Assembly (NCBI GenBank): GCA_951406725.2
Contig: OX597815.1
Location: forward strand, 46,066,001-46,130,000
Direction of reading: 5' to 3'
DNA: 64,000 bases
DNA from: Octopus vulgaris
Taxonomy: Eukaryota
Positions within the stretch are counted from its first letter, which is position 1; each line of letters opens with the position of its first letter. The notes under the pieces were generated by a model. The model worked only from the letters and a program-made list of their open reading frames with translations, was not told where the DNA came from and did no database searches. Positions 40,693 to 54,712 of the stretch are shown piece by piece. The translations under genes were made by a program, and so were the position numbers.

Positions 40693-42453
40693 TCATATAT
40701 ATATATATATATACATATATATATACATTCATATATATATACTCAGGTATGTATGTGTGTGTCTATGTATGGGTGTGAGAGTGTGTGTATGTGTGTGCAT
40801 TTGAGGGAGAGAGTGAAGGAAGAAGCGAAAGGGCATATATGTATGCGAATATCTTTTCTGTAAGTCAATTTTCTTACTGTATGTTTCATACATATACATA
40901 TACATTTTATTTTTTGTATATATACATATATATTTTATTTTTTTTCTTCTTAAACACAAGAAATAAACCACAAACTAAAAAGTAATAACAATCAAAAAGG
41001 TGAAAGTGTTGAATTTCTATGTTTCTACTGGAAACACCGAAATTTTAGACTTTCATCTTCCCTCAGGAGGGAAGTAAAATCCACTTGCTAAACAAAGCGC
41101 TTAATAGTCTTTTTCTGCTTGTTTAACTTGCGTGAGACGTATTCCTTTTGTGTAGTTCAACACTTTATATACGTATATATACAAATTTAAAAATTGAATA
41201 TGCGACCGGTAAGTTCAAAGGCAGAAATTTTTTGTAATATATGTAAGAATCAGGTCTTTACGATTGACTTATTGTTTCAGTAGGTTTCATGTCATTCATG
41301 TTCTATATACGTATTTTCTATGAACTCCACCGTCTACATATAGAACTCAATCACTTAGCGTTACTATAAAAATCTTTTTATGTTTGTTTTCGCTCCTTGA
41401 TCGATGTACTAGTCATTTTGACATCAATGTGTGCATGTTCATCAAAATACATTTTCATAGTTTCTATGAAATTCATTGCCTGCATACAGACCTCAGTCAC
41501 TTAAGTGTTGCTATTAAGATTCCCTTTTTACATCTTTGTCCCTTGACTGTTGTGTTGGTCATTTTCATATCAATGTGAAAATGTTTATGAAAATATGGTG
41601 TTTGTCGACTCTATGGCGTAAACTATTATATTATCCTTCTTTAAATGCTACCATTCTTTCTACAAATCATTTCTTTAAACAGCAACATAGTCAAGAATAT
41701 ACCAACCCATTTTACAAGTCGCTTATACTTTCAACGGAATTAGAAACCAGATACCTTTTTCATTTCAATTATCTGCAGACATAGTTACATAAGCGTGCGT
41801 ACACAAACATTCACTCACACACACACACATGCTCGCACACATACATGCACTCACACAATGACATACATGCATAGTAGTTTTCATTGTAATTACACGAAGA
41901 ACTTTTTTTCTTTTGCAAGGTATACATGTCTTGGAAATTTAACCTGTATGTTAAAAAATTCACTCTCTGTTTTTTTTCGCTCTATTGCTGAACAATTAAC
42001 GATCTATGAAGGGAGAAAAAAACATAACATGACTGCTTTTTAAACTGTCAAGTATTTTCTTTGTAAGAATTGTCTAACTTCGTGAAAATGTTTAATTTAG
42101 CAACAATCTTTTGTTATTAGTTATGTCGTACTGACGATTTCAAAGAAGGATGAAATAGTGCTATACACAGCTGCCAACGACTAGAAATTTTAAGCTCTTT
42201 ATAACGTGCAAAAAATTAATATTGAATGTGTATATCCTGTACACTTTTAGACTTTGATTTAAGCTTCAATCTTTCACACACGCCTCAATTTGGAGGACAT
42301 CGCACATGCATATAAACAAAATCACACACACACGCGCACGCACACCCACGTACAGACACACACATACACATATGTATGAGTGAGTGGACAAACGAAAGAA
42401 AGAGATACTCCATAAATTTAGGAGTTATACGTATTGTTACTTAAAAACACTTT

Positions 42454-42529
42454 CATCGGTCCTATGCAACTTAAAGTTTCGTAGGCTCGGCGCACGTTAC
42501 CTAGCTCGTCAGGCGCAGGCTACCGAATG
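42454..42529 (-). ncRNA. Type I hammerhead ribozyme with extended, bulged stem I
   Basis: TCGGT-AG-CCTGCGC-CTGACGA-GCTAGG-TAACGTGCGCCGAG-CCTAC-GAAA-C-TTTAA-GTT-GCATAGG-ACCGA. Confidence 0.8.
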
Positions 42530-42752
42530 CTGCGAAAGGGGAAGTCCAAGATGACTACTGGAAATTAATATGTTACTGATTAAGGCCGGTCACATGATGT
42601 TGTTGAAAATAGTTCTGAAATATCAGCGACATCAATTATATCAAAATAAAGATCCCAATCTGTAGTCCATGGACCATGTCACTGGCTGGAAAGGATGTTG
42701 GCGATGTTTCACTGGGTAGAAAATATATAAATATAAAGATAGTTAGATAGAA

Positions 42753-42788
<36 letters not shown>

Positions 42789-43475
42789 GCATACACACAC
42801 ATACAGACACACACAAAACACACACACACATATATATATAGGTAGACACACAGACAAATTGCTAGATAGGTAGATTGGCAGATAGACATAGACACAACAT
42901 TTATTCGTCCATAACTTATAGACAGAATATGTGTTATGATTTAAACTGAGCTGTTAAACGGATTACACAATAATTTAGATTTTGTTTAGTTAACATACAT
43001 TGCTCCAAGCCTACTTTATAAAGTACCTTACGGGATTCCTACTTTAAAATGCTTTCCTGATATATTTTGAAGAGTAATTATATTGGAACCCTGCATGCAG
43101 CTAAGATTGTACTTGTTAACACACTACTTTAGTTAGTCTACACATAAATATGGGAAATTTGAATTCTGTGACGTTTCAACCGAATTTTGACCCCTCATGG
43201 CTATAGCATTGTTGATATGAGTATATATAATCTGGGTAAATTCGAATTTCTCTTACTTATTTCCGGTTGATGACAGTTCTAGTTGTGTCTCTACGAATGC
43301 AACCAGTTACCGGAAATACAATTTGTGCCCCACTTACGTACGTACGAATGTATGTATGTATATATATGTACGCGCGCGCTCACGCACACACACACATATG
43401 CTTATATATGCTTATATATTTTATGTTGTCTTTTTTTCAGTCTACTTATTATTCCAGCTTTAAAATGCATCATTG

Positions 43476-43538
<63 letters not shown>

Positions 43539-43572
43539 GTGTGTGTGTATACACGTACATACACACACACAT

Positions 43573-43621
<49 letters not shown>

Positions 43622-43668
43622 AAACACATATGTGTATGTATCTTCATATATATGACTATGTTTATACA

Positions 43669-43717
<49 letters not shown>

Positions 43718-46107
43718 AACATAGACATATATATGAAGATACATACACATATGTGTTTTATATATATGTGTGTGTGTATTAAAATTTTATATATATATAT
43801 ATATATATAATGGAGAGAGAGAGAGAGGGAGGGAGGGAGGAAAGAGAGAGAATAAATGAGTGAAGGAGTGGGAGAGGTAAAAAGAGGGTAAGGCAGTTTG
43901 TCATACAAACTAGAAGAGCGAAAGACTGGATGAGGAAGGGTTCGTGGATTAAAGATATTTTTTTTTATCTGTGTATACAGGTGTGAGATTATAACACACA
44001 CACACACACACACACGCTCACAAACATATATGTTATATATGTTTTATATTATGAACACCGGTGGGGCAAATAGTGCAAAGAACATTTTAACTTAGCTGAG
44101 TTGAACTGAATAACCGAATTTAGACAACAGCAGCTGTAACAACAATAATGCTAGCACTACCGCAATTTACCATTGCTAAATATCACAATTATAAAACACC
44201 ACCACCACCACCACCACCACCACCACCGACGGTCAACGATCAGCACCACCACCTCCAACATCAACACCAGCACCACCAGCAACAACAACCACAAGAACAA
44301 GAATAACAACAACAACAAAGAACAACATATCTCACCCGCCATCTCCGCAACCGTAACGATAATAAATTCAAAAACACGGCTATTAAAGCAATTGTAATAA
44401 TATTCATAGAAAGCAATGGAAAGCAATTCCAATAGTCAATTATTATTTTTTGTTTATGTCTTTCTTTTTTTTTTTTTAATTTATTTATCCTCCTGTTTAG
44501 CGGAAGTGGCACAGCGCAACGTGTAGAACATGTGCGAGATTTGGACTAGCAATTTGACGGATATAATAGACTGTGTGAAAACTACCACGATAATTTCCAT
44601 TTATAATTCTGTACTCCAAATTACAGGGATTTGTGCCGATGTTATACATTATTACTGTTGTCTAACCAATGAGGAAATCTGTACATGGTCGCTTACCTGG
44701 TAGAAATAGAAGCGAAATCTCCCTGTAATCACATCTTAAATCGCCATTTGGCAATTTAATAAGAGTTCTGACTGTTATTTCAAGCAGGTAGACATACTTA
44801 CTATGTCATTTGATTAATTTTAATCCCTCGGCTATTTAATGCTATTTTTAGGCCTGCTATCGCCTGTGTCATTGATTGTTATTATCATGTTTAAAATATT
44901 TACATCGGATAATAATAGAATTAATGACACCTTCGCAAATAAATTTTTCTTGAATTATTTTTCTCGTAAATTGTATCGAGATTATTTTACACTGGTGGCT
45001 GCTGTTATTTCGGCGCAAAACGCATCAGTTGCAGCATAGACTTCAAAACGATGGGTTAAGAATCTCTAATCATGGTAACGCGTGCTGAAGAAGCTAAGGC
45101 TTATTTTGCCAGTGCAGAAACCGGTCCACGTGAGTCCAGATACTTAAATGTATGTTAGTAGATTGTCTTAACTTGATTTTGCCTTCGTTTGATTTCAATT
45201 GTTTGAGACAGTTAAGAAAAAGTATGTAGCGTCATAAAGGTCAGCTGTCCTGCTGATGCGAATATCTCCTTGTAACTATGGACAATGCCCTCAATATGTC
45301 GTACCTCATGTCACTTGAAAGATTTAATCATAACTATATGACATACAAAGGAGTATGTCGGAGATGTTATACTGATGATTCCGTTTAATTTTGGTATTGG
45401 ACCGGTAATACTCAAGTGAAGGACCAAGTCGATTAGATTCACCCCAGCACTTGACTGGTACTTTCCTTCTGGTTTTGTAAAGTCAGGTTTATCAATACTG
45501 GTACCGAGACACTTAAGTAATCAATTTCCTCGATAACCATAAGTATGAATTAGAAGTTATGGTCCGGTTGAATATGCAGATTTCTCCTTGGTTATCGATA
45601 AATGTGTATATTTATGTATTATGCATCTATGTTTATGCTGACTGTTATGTGAATTATATAAATATATATATCATGCATGAATGATAATACATATCATTCA
45701 ATATGGATGACATCCGTACCCATCGATTTCAAACCGACTATAAATGTATGTGTGTATGTATGTATTCTTATCTGTTTTTAATTATTTAAATTTTTCCTTT
45801 GAAGGCGGAGCTAGCTTCTGATAAAGATACAAAACTCCATCATTGGAATGTTGATAACGAAAACAATGTCACATTTTAAACCTGAGAAAAGTCTTGCATA
45901 GTTTTATTGTTCCGCTTACTTGTATTTGTAATGTGTGAGTCGGCTGATTTCTTTTTCTGAAAATCCAAGTTTATCCAGACTGACAGTTAGGCATTTACTT
46001 ACAAGCGCGTGTCATAACCACACAGCCATACCTGAGCCTATATATTGTACATGCATATTAGAAGAATATGTTTGTACCTATACCGATCATAAAATATTAT
46101 CGGTATA

Positions 46108-46278
46108 GGCGCAGGAGTGGCTGTGTGGTAAGTAGCTTGCTAACCAACCACATGGTTCCGGGTTCAGTCCCACTGCGTGGCATCTTGGGCAAATGTCTTC
46201 TACTATAGCCTCGGGCCGACCAAAGACTTGTGAGTGGATTTGGTAGACGGAAACTGAAAGAAGCCTGTCGTATGTATG

Positions 46279-46311
<33 letters not shown>

Positions 46312-46524
46312 TTGTGTGTCTGTGTTTGTCCCCCCTAGCATTGCTTGACAACCGATGCTGGTGTGTTTACTTCCCCGTCACTTAGCGGTTCGGCAAAAAG
46401 AGACCGATAGAATAAGTACTGGGCTTACAAAGAATAAGTCCCGGGGTCGATTTGCTCGACTAAAGGCGGTGCTCCAGCATGGCCGCAGTCAAATGACTGA
46501 AACAAGTAAAAGTAAAAGTAAAAA
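46108..46524 (+). mobile_element. SINE family B, full length, internal TA/TG microsatellite, GGTATA TSD
   Basis: A box TGGCTGTGTGG, B-box-like GGTTCAGTCCC, (AGTAAA)n tail. GGTATA at 46102-46107 and 46525-46530. Confidence 0.93.
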
Positions 46525-46689
46525 GGTATAAATATAAATTTGCATCCACATGTAGAAGCTGGAAATATTGAGGGTAATGTCCATAGTTACAAAGAGATAT
46601 TCGCATCAGGACAGCTGATCTTTATGACGGTACATACTTTTTCTTAACTGTCTCAAACAACATCTACGTGGATATGCTTACACTTGATA

Positions 46690-47089
46690 TATATGTGTGC
46701 ATGTATGCATGTATGTATGTATGTATGTATGTATGTATGTGTGTATGTATGTGTGTATGTATGTATGTATGTATGTATGTATGTATGTGTGCATGTATGC
46801 ATGTATGTATGTATGTATGTATGTATGTGTGTATGTATGTATGTATGTATGTATGTATGTGTGTGTGTATGTATGTATGTATGTATGTATGTATGTGTGT
46901 ATGTATGTATGTATGTATGTATGTATGTATGTATGTATGTATGTATGTATGTATGTATGTGTATGTATGTATGTGTGTATGTATGTATGTATGTATGTAT
47001 GTATGTATGTATGTATGTATGTATGCATGCATGCATGCATGGATGTATGTATGTATGTATGTATGTATGTATGTATTACACATACACAT

Positions 47090-47165
<76 letters not shown>
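46690..47165. repeat. (ATGT)n then (AC)n microsatellite
   Basis: Directly visible. Confidence 0.95.
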
Positions 47166-47984
47166 TTCTGATATTATTTTTCAAATCGTTTCAATGTATG
47201 AATGTATATATATATATATTTACATGTGTGTGTCTTTGTGTTAGCATCTGTATACCCCCCCCCACACACACACACAAACATCAGCGCTTGACATCCAGGT
47301 TGGTTCGTTTACATCCCCAAAACGTAGCGGTGTGGAGGTTCGGCACAACAGTTCAATATAAAGAGTGCCACACTTAAAAAACAAAAACAGAACCAAAACA
47401 AAATAAACACACAAGTGGGGCCGACTTGTTCGACTAAAACCTTAAAATACAGTTTCCGAGTAAATAAATGATAACCTCTATTACAGCCTGTGTATATGCG
47501 AACATGTTTAGGACAAAAACTGTTTAGGGCCCGACCAGATAAAATAATTGCACTCACAACACGTCCGAAACGCAATTTGTTAGAAATATTCAACAAACGT
47601 TTCAAAAGAAAACATAAAATGAAGAAATTTATCCTTCATTAAAATAACAGTGAAAAATAAAACTTACACAAAACGAAACAAATACGAAACAAAGAGAAAC
47701 AATTAAATAATAACACAAAAACGTAAAAGAGAGAAGTGAAATTTCTAAGCAATTAGCAATGACTTATTTCTTTCTTGTAGGTTAGATTTACTTCTGTTTC
47801 TTTGATTTTTCTCTACGGCTTTAGGTTTTGTTTCTTCTTTACTTTTGTTTGCTCTTTTCCCAACAATGATTGACTTCACTAATCTTGAATTACCAATTTA
47901 CTACATAGTCAGGCCATAACTTTTGATAGGTGAAGCAAAACTAACACGATACTTCTTTTTTTCATTCCGTACACAAACACGCAT

Positions 47985-48042
<58 letters not shown>

Positions 48043-48109
48043 TATGTGGGTATATACATACATGATGCATACAGACTTTTATACATACGGATACATACAT
48101 ACATATGTG

Positions 48110-48158
<49 letters not shown>

Positions 48159-48256
48159 TATATATATATATATATATGTGGAAAGAGAGAGAGAGAGAGA
48201 GAGAGATAAATGTATCGATAGATAAAGATATAGATATATATAGCACCTAGATATAC

Positions 48257-48322
<66 letters not shown>

Positions 48323-48343
48323 TTGTATATATATATGCATATG

Positions 48344-48464
<121 letters not shown>

Positions 48465-48615
48465 ATGTGTGTATGTAATACTTATATACATGCAAGCATG
48501 TACATATATAACAAATTTCAGTGAATTTACTTTTCTATATCTAATCGTTATTGATGTAATTTTTTTCATTATTTTATCGGCATGGATTCAACAGCTCCTG
48601 CTACTACTGCCGCTG

Positions 48616-48669
<54 letters not shown>

Positions 48670-49060
48670 GCCTACAGTTGTTGCGGTTGTAGTTTACATC
48701 AACATGGCTCTGTGAGGGTGGATGTATGTATTACTTATTTTGTGAAAATGATCAGAAAAACAGAATTTCAAGCAAGAAAACTAATTTCTAACTCTTACTA
48801 TGCGAGAAATTGGAGGAGATGTGTATATAGTGGTGAACAGATCATTATATAAACATGAGTGATACTTATTTTATCAACGATTGTAGGGTGTAAAAGGTAG
48901 GTTGATATTACCGGGAAATAAACCCAGATTGTAAAAGGATCACAAGTAAACGCGGCAAAATATTTTATGGGTCGCTATCTTGATTCTACTATTCCAACAT
49001 TCTCAGTTATATTGCTTACAGCAATGTAAATTTCTAAAAAGGTTAATTTATATTTCGATA

Positions 49061-49602
49061 CAGGGTGTCTCAGAATGAACTATCTTTCAATGAAATCAAG
49101 CAAATTAAAAAAAAAAAAAAAAAAAAGCTGGCCGAATTTTATTTTTAGTACTTAATTGGGATACCAAAATAAACAGATTTATAAATCTTACATCAAAACT
49201 TTATTGAAAATATTCAATATCTGCTGCATCTATATCCTTGCAAATTTCAGTTCTACCCTTAGTGTTGCGAAACACGCTTTGAAGCTTTTCAGGGGTTATC
49301 TCCTGCACTGCTAACTGAAAGCGTTTTTTAAGTTCAGCTAAACTATTGCTCACTCTTGGGGATGAAAGTAGAGTAAATGATTGCAGCCAAATTGAAAACA
49401 AGCTGTCGTGGACAGATGAGTGGGATCTTACAGTAATGAAAATAAAATTATAAAAAGAATTATAAAGATTATAAAATTATAAACAAAATTTAAAATTTAT
49501 ACACTTTTAACGCATATTAATATGATAAACATAAATAAAAGTGAGGTTTTAAAAGAATTGTCCGATTTCACTAAAATAGATAGTTAATTCTGGGACACCC
49601 TG
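49061..49602 (-). mobile_element. Internally deleted Tc1/mariner-superfamily element
   Basis: TIRs CAGGGTGTCTCAGAATGAACTATCT / AGATAGTTAATTCTGGGACACCCTG, left TA. Remnant SLAELKKRFQLAVQEITPEKLQSVFRNTKGRTEIC resembles a transposase C-terminus. Confidence 0.85.
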
Positions 49603-49761
49603 TGTAAGTACAAAATATTGTATAAATGACCAAGTGTACGAGGTGGCCGGTACGTTCACTATGAAAATTGAAAGTACTTAGAGCATACTTCACTGGCTTT
49701 TATACAATGAATATAGAATAAAGGATTTGTTCAGAGTTGTTTTATATGACCAAGGCGGAAA

Positions 49762-51367
49762 GTTTAGTTTTCTTATATTGTACTCTTACTGTTTAATTTC
49801 TCTTTACTACAAACCTATTATATTGTGACACGTTGTTTGATAAATATACAAATAAAAAACTAACACTAAACATACAAGTTTATAGTATCCCTTTAAGCTT
49901 TCTTTGTTCAGTAAATTTTTTCTTTGGTTTTATTACGCTTTTATGCACCAGTATAAAATGTATAACATAAATACTTTCGCTCCCTCAAAAGTAACAAATC
50001 CTCGCCTCTCCAACAAAAACTATCAGCGTTTAAGAATTTTGAAACAGAAATAAGTAGGTTGCGTGTATGACAGTGACACAATACCATTAATAATTGGGGG
50101 TTCAAAGTAGAACATTGAAAAGAAATCAATAAAAATCATACGAGGGCTCACAATTCGACGCACAGGCTTCATTCCCCAAAAGAGCGGTGCTAGGCAACGT
50201 GCACGCCTTATGTAAAGCAGTTTCAGTCCAACTGCACAACTCAAGCGATCCACTTTTTGCACCGCTGACACATAACACATGCTTTCAGCAATAAATAAAA
50301 TAACACGATTCATACCACATATATTTTATTTTATTCACACCAATAAATTAACATGAAAAATACACTTATATAATCCACGGAACAGTTCCTTGGATACTTA
50401 CATTTCACACTGTTGTTACCCTATAATATAATAAAATTCAACGTAAAGTGTACTAGCCATCTGAATGTGGCTTGCCACTGGGAGTGGGGTGTTACTGACG
50501 CTTTTAGCCCCAGGAGATCGACGTCTCCAGCTGGCCTTAGACACAATTCCAGTGCCCTTGTGTTATTTGCAAAGGGAGGTCATCCTCCCTCGAAAACCTA
50601 AGTGATACATACGGACTATAGTTTCAAGGTTTTTGCCTCTCGTCAACGTATGGTAAACACCGGCTTTCGATGAAGGAGACCTTTGCAAATAATATTTAAC
50701 GTTTTTCCCAGCAACCACAGTCACTGATTTAGAAAAACTGTCTGAAAGCATTAATAAATCTCCGAACGAGATATACAACCCAAACAACAGAAACACTACA
50801 TAACCACCTGACTTTGAAAAGAATTCGGCGGAATGTGAACTCAGAACGTAAAGAGCCAGAGGAAACGCTGCTAAGCAACTCTGTCTGGCGAGCGCTGGTG
50901 TAGGCATGTGGTGAGTATGAATAGGAACAGTTGCATAAAGAAGTGCTATCACTCAAGGATACAATATCAGATCGTATCATCAATGCAACTGGAGCTAATA
51001 CTACTGTAAGCCTATCATACTAAATTTCTGATATTGAATATTGTTACTAAATTCGTAATATTGTTACTAAACTCGTAAAAAAGCATTGATGTAGCCGTGT
51101 TTTTCTTGAAATATTTCATTGTAAACAAGGCGTAGGAGTGGCTGTGTGGTAAGTATCTTGCTTACGAACCACATGGTTCCGGGTTCAGTCCCACTGCGGG
51201 GCACCTTGGGCAAGTATCTTCTACTATAGCTTCGGGCCGACCAAAGCCTTGTGAGTGGATTTGGTGACGGACGAAACGCATATATGTATATATATATATT
51301 ATATATATATATATATAATATATATATATTAGTTTTGGTAGACGGAAACTGAAAGACGCCCGTCGTA

Positions 51368-51438
<71 letters not shown>

Positions 51439-52480
51439 ATATGTTTGTGTATCTGTGTTTGTACCCGCCAACATCGCTTGACAACCGATGCTGGTGTGTT
51501 TACGTCCCCGTAACTTAGCGGTTCGGCAAAAGAAACCGATAGAATAAGTACTAGGCTTACAAGAATACGTCCTGGGGTCAATTCGTTCAACTAAAGGCGG
51601 TGCTCCAGCATGGCCAATCAAATGACTGAAACAAGTAAAAGAGTAAAAGAATAAAAGAGTAAGGGTATATGTAAGACTAATAAACTTTGAACATTTTACA
51701 GAAACTTCTGAAAAATTATGTTTACAATACCAAGAGATAAATTCTGTAAATCAAATGCCTGAATTGTCAATAGATTAACACAACAATTATTGCTAATATT
51801 TGTTACAGTCTCTAAAAACGTGTGAGAGCTAACAGGTTTAGATAATACTATTAAAATTTGGAAGACGGGTCTGTCTCTAGCTAGATTGGGGAGTTAGTTT
51901 GATAATATGTACGCAAAGTCGCTAGCCCATTGCCAAATCATTTCACTTTCTCTTTAAGGATGTGCGTGAGTGACATTACAATGGCGTCAGAAGTGTCTAG
52001 AAAGAAATAAAATATTGATAAAGACTTCCAAGTGTTCGTTAGTTTCTCCTGTAGTTATTGTTTGGCGTCGGTCTTTAGGTGTTGACATCTCTCCACCCAT
52101 GATAATCGGATTTTTACTGTGATTTTATTAGTAAATGCTAGTCTCTAGACATGCTTAATAGATTCCAATGTAGGTAATGACTTAATGAAATTTACTTCTT
52201 ACGCCCCTTTCCACCGCGAGCTCAGTCGCTATGTCCCACTCTGCATTCAACAGATGGCGCCACTCATTCTCTCAAGAAACTTATTTGTTCAGAATTGTTC
52301 TATCAGATCAAGACATAAGGTTTAGTTCTCTTACATTGTACTCTTACTGTTTAGTTTCTCTTTACTACAAGCCTCTCACATTGTGACATCTTGATTGATA
52401 AAAATACGGATGAAAAAGTAACAATAAAACTACAAGTTTATATTATTCCTTTAAGCTTTCTTCGTTCAGAAAAACTCTTT
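49762..52480. repeat. Diverged ~160-bp direct repeat pair (49762-49920 and 52320-52480)
   Basis: Shared GTTTAGTT.TCTTA.ATTGTACTCTTACTGTTTA.TTTCTCTTTACTACAA...TACAAGTTTATA...CCTTTAAGCTTTCTT.GTTCAG. Confidence 0.8.
51129..51662 (+). mobile_element. SINE family B with locally duplicated TTTGGT(A)GACGGA segment
   Basis: Matches 46108, with a (AAAAGAGT)n tail. Confidence 0.9.
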
Positions 52481-52912
52481 CTCTTTTCTTTATATTATTT
52501 TTTAATTTTTAACAGGCTAAATCTAGTTCACTCTCTTTCACTAAATCTTTTAGCTGATATAGTTACCTCTACTAAGAACAACAACCAGATTTAAATATAA
52601 TCTTGTTCAATTTTCTATGAATAGTAAATGTCTCCTACTTAGAGAATTATTTATTCCTTGGTCTCTGTAAACTAGAGAAGTACTTTGTCCCTAACACATA
52701 CAAGACCTGAGCAAATAATCAAGACGTGTAATTGAATAAACCGAAACTCAATACAGTCTGAATGCTCTCTCTGATTTGGAAAATCACTTAAAAGCGCTCA
52801 TATGGCGCCAAGATTTCTTTCGCTTCCTTCTGTGTCGCAGTTGTACTTTGACATTAGTGTTCGGATATTTTAATTGGATTTTTTTTTTCTGGAAATCTAT
52901 CTATTTATCTAG

Positions 52913-53050
<138 letters not shown>

Positions 53051-53330
53051 TTATCTATCTATATATGTATATATGTGCATATGTATTTATATATATGTGT
53101 CTACATCTATATACATGTTATGTATAAATAAAATATATATATATTAAATATGTATTTAATATATATTTGTAAGTGTATACCCGTATACATAAGTGTACAT
53201 GACCACACACAAACTTATACACACATACACATTCTTACACATACACACTCTTACACAGATACATGTGTGTGTATGCATGTGTATATATATACATATATTT
53301 ATATACATATATATATATACATATATATAT

Positions 53331-53364
<34 letters not shown>

Positions 53365-53428
53365 CTTTTACCTTTTACTTGTTTCAGTCATTAGACTGTT
53401 GTCCCTATTATTATTATTATTATTATAT

Positions 53429-53501
<73 letters not shown>

Positions 53502-54089
53502 CACATACACACTCGTTTTATATATACATACGTATACATACATACACATGTATATATGTTATGCTCCGTAAAATATTGAATTTAGAATAAGGCTCTATGT
53601 GAGCAAATATATATTTCTGAGAAACCAGGCTAAAAGGGACCTTGTACGAAGTCTCTCGATCTGCTAGAAATAGGAGGTATATATCTCTCAAATTATTCTC
53701 TCTTGATATTGAAAGAAAATGAGATGGACATAACTTTAGGGCAAAATACAAACAATTTCCATTTGTCTGTACGTAATTAGAAAACTATAGAATAAGAAAA
53801 TGATGATTTTTGGCAATTATAAAAGAAAATTCATTTGAAATCATAACAGAGATGACATCAATTTGCTGCAGTATTTGCAAGTGACAATATCTCTGATGGA
53901 CGCGTTGTGTTTAAAAAGACAGAATATATATGAGGGAGACGAAAACCGTCACAGCAGCGGTAAGCGAGAATGTTTGGGGCATTCAGTGATGCAGCCTATT
54001 TTCTCTAAGCCTTTTGGGTGTCTCAATGTACTGCTTACTCATCTACATTCCAGAAAAATCAAAGAGAATGACGCCTTTGTTATATTACA

Positions 54090-54430
54090 AAACAGTTACC
54101 TCGACTGACTTTCTGCACTGATCGCTGGTTCTTGAACGTCTTAGGCCGGGTAGAAGAAGTGTAATGCCATTCCGTGGACTGAGCCCTTGTTTCAGGCTCA
54201 TGAAGTTACGCCCATGTTTCGTCCCCTGTCACCAGATTGGAAAGATACGTCTTCATTAGCTTCAAGAAACATCAAGCAGAGTAGAGCTGATATCCACCAC
54301 ACTCTCCTTCAATTCAAGTGTGAGATGCTGCGGCAACCCCTTTGCATATTATTTTCAGATACAAAAGTCTTTCCTCATCGTTTGTAATGCATTGTGACCA
54401 TAGACTAATTGCCCACGTGAATCAGTTCGT
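54090..54430 (-). mobile_element. Decayed mariner transposase fragment
   Basis: LVTGDETWA*LHEPETRAQSTEWHYTSSTRPKTFKNQRSVQKV. Confidence 0.82.
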
Positions 54431-54631
54431 TCATTCGATGGTGATTCGTGCAAATGGTCGCAGTTAATGTTCTTTCACTGTGTAGTTTGTCTTTAATGCT
54501 GCTTTAACCGCTGTTTAAAGTTCTTCATCCATCTTTGCACATTGCTCTCGCCAATGGTGTCACTTCCGTAAATAATCTGTAGCATTTTATGGGAATCGAA
54601 CAGCCTGCACCCCTATACCGCCGTGAACACA

Positions 54632-54712
54632 ATGACGGCGAACTTTCCTTGCGGTGAATTGATAACGGCGAACTTTCCCTGCGGGGTATTCATAACAACG
54701 AACTTACCGGAT
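54632..54712. repeat. Short 30-bp (2 x 15-bp) tandem repeat
   Basis: ACGGCGAACTTTCCTTGCGGTGAATTGATA / ACGGCGAACTTTCCCTGCGGGGTATTCATA / ACAACGAACTTACC. Confidence 0.8.

Noticed and set aside
54632-54712. CRISPR-like appearance
   Set aside because: Tandem units without unique spacers, eukaryotic context and no cas genes.
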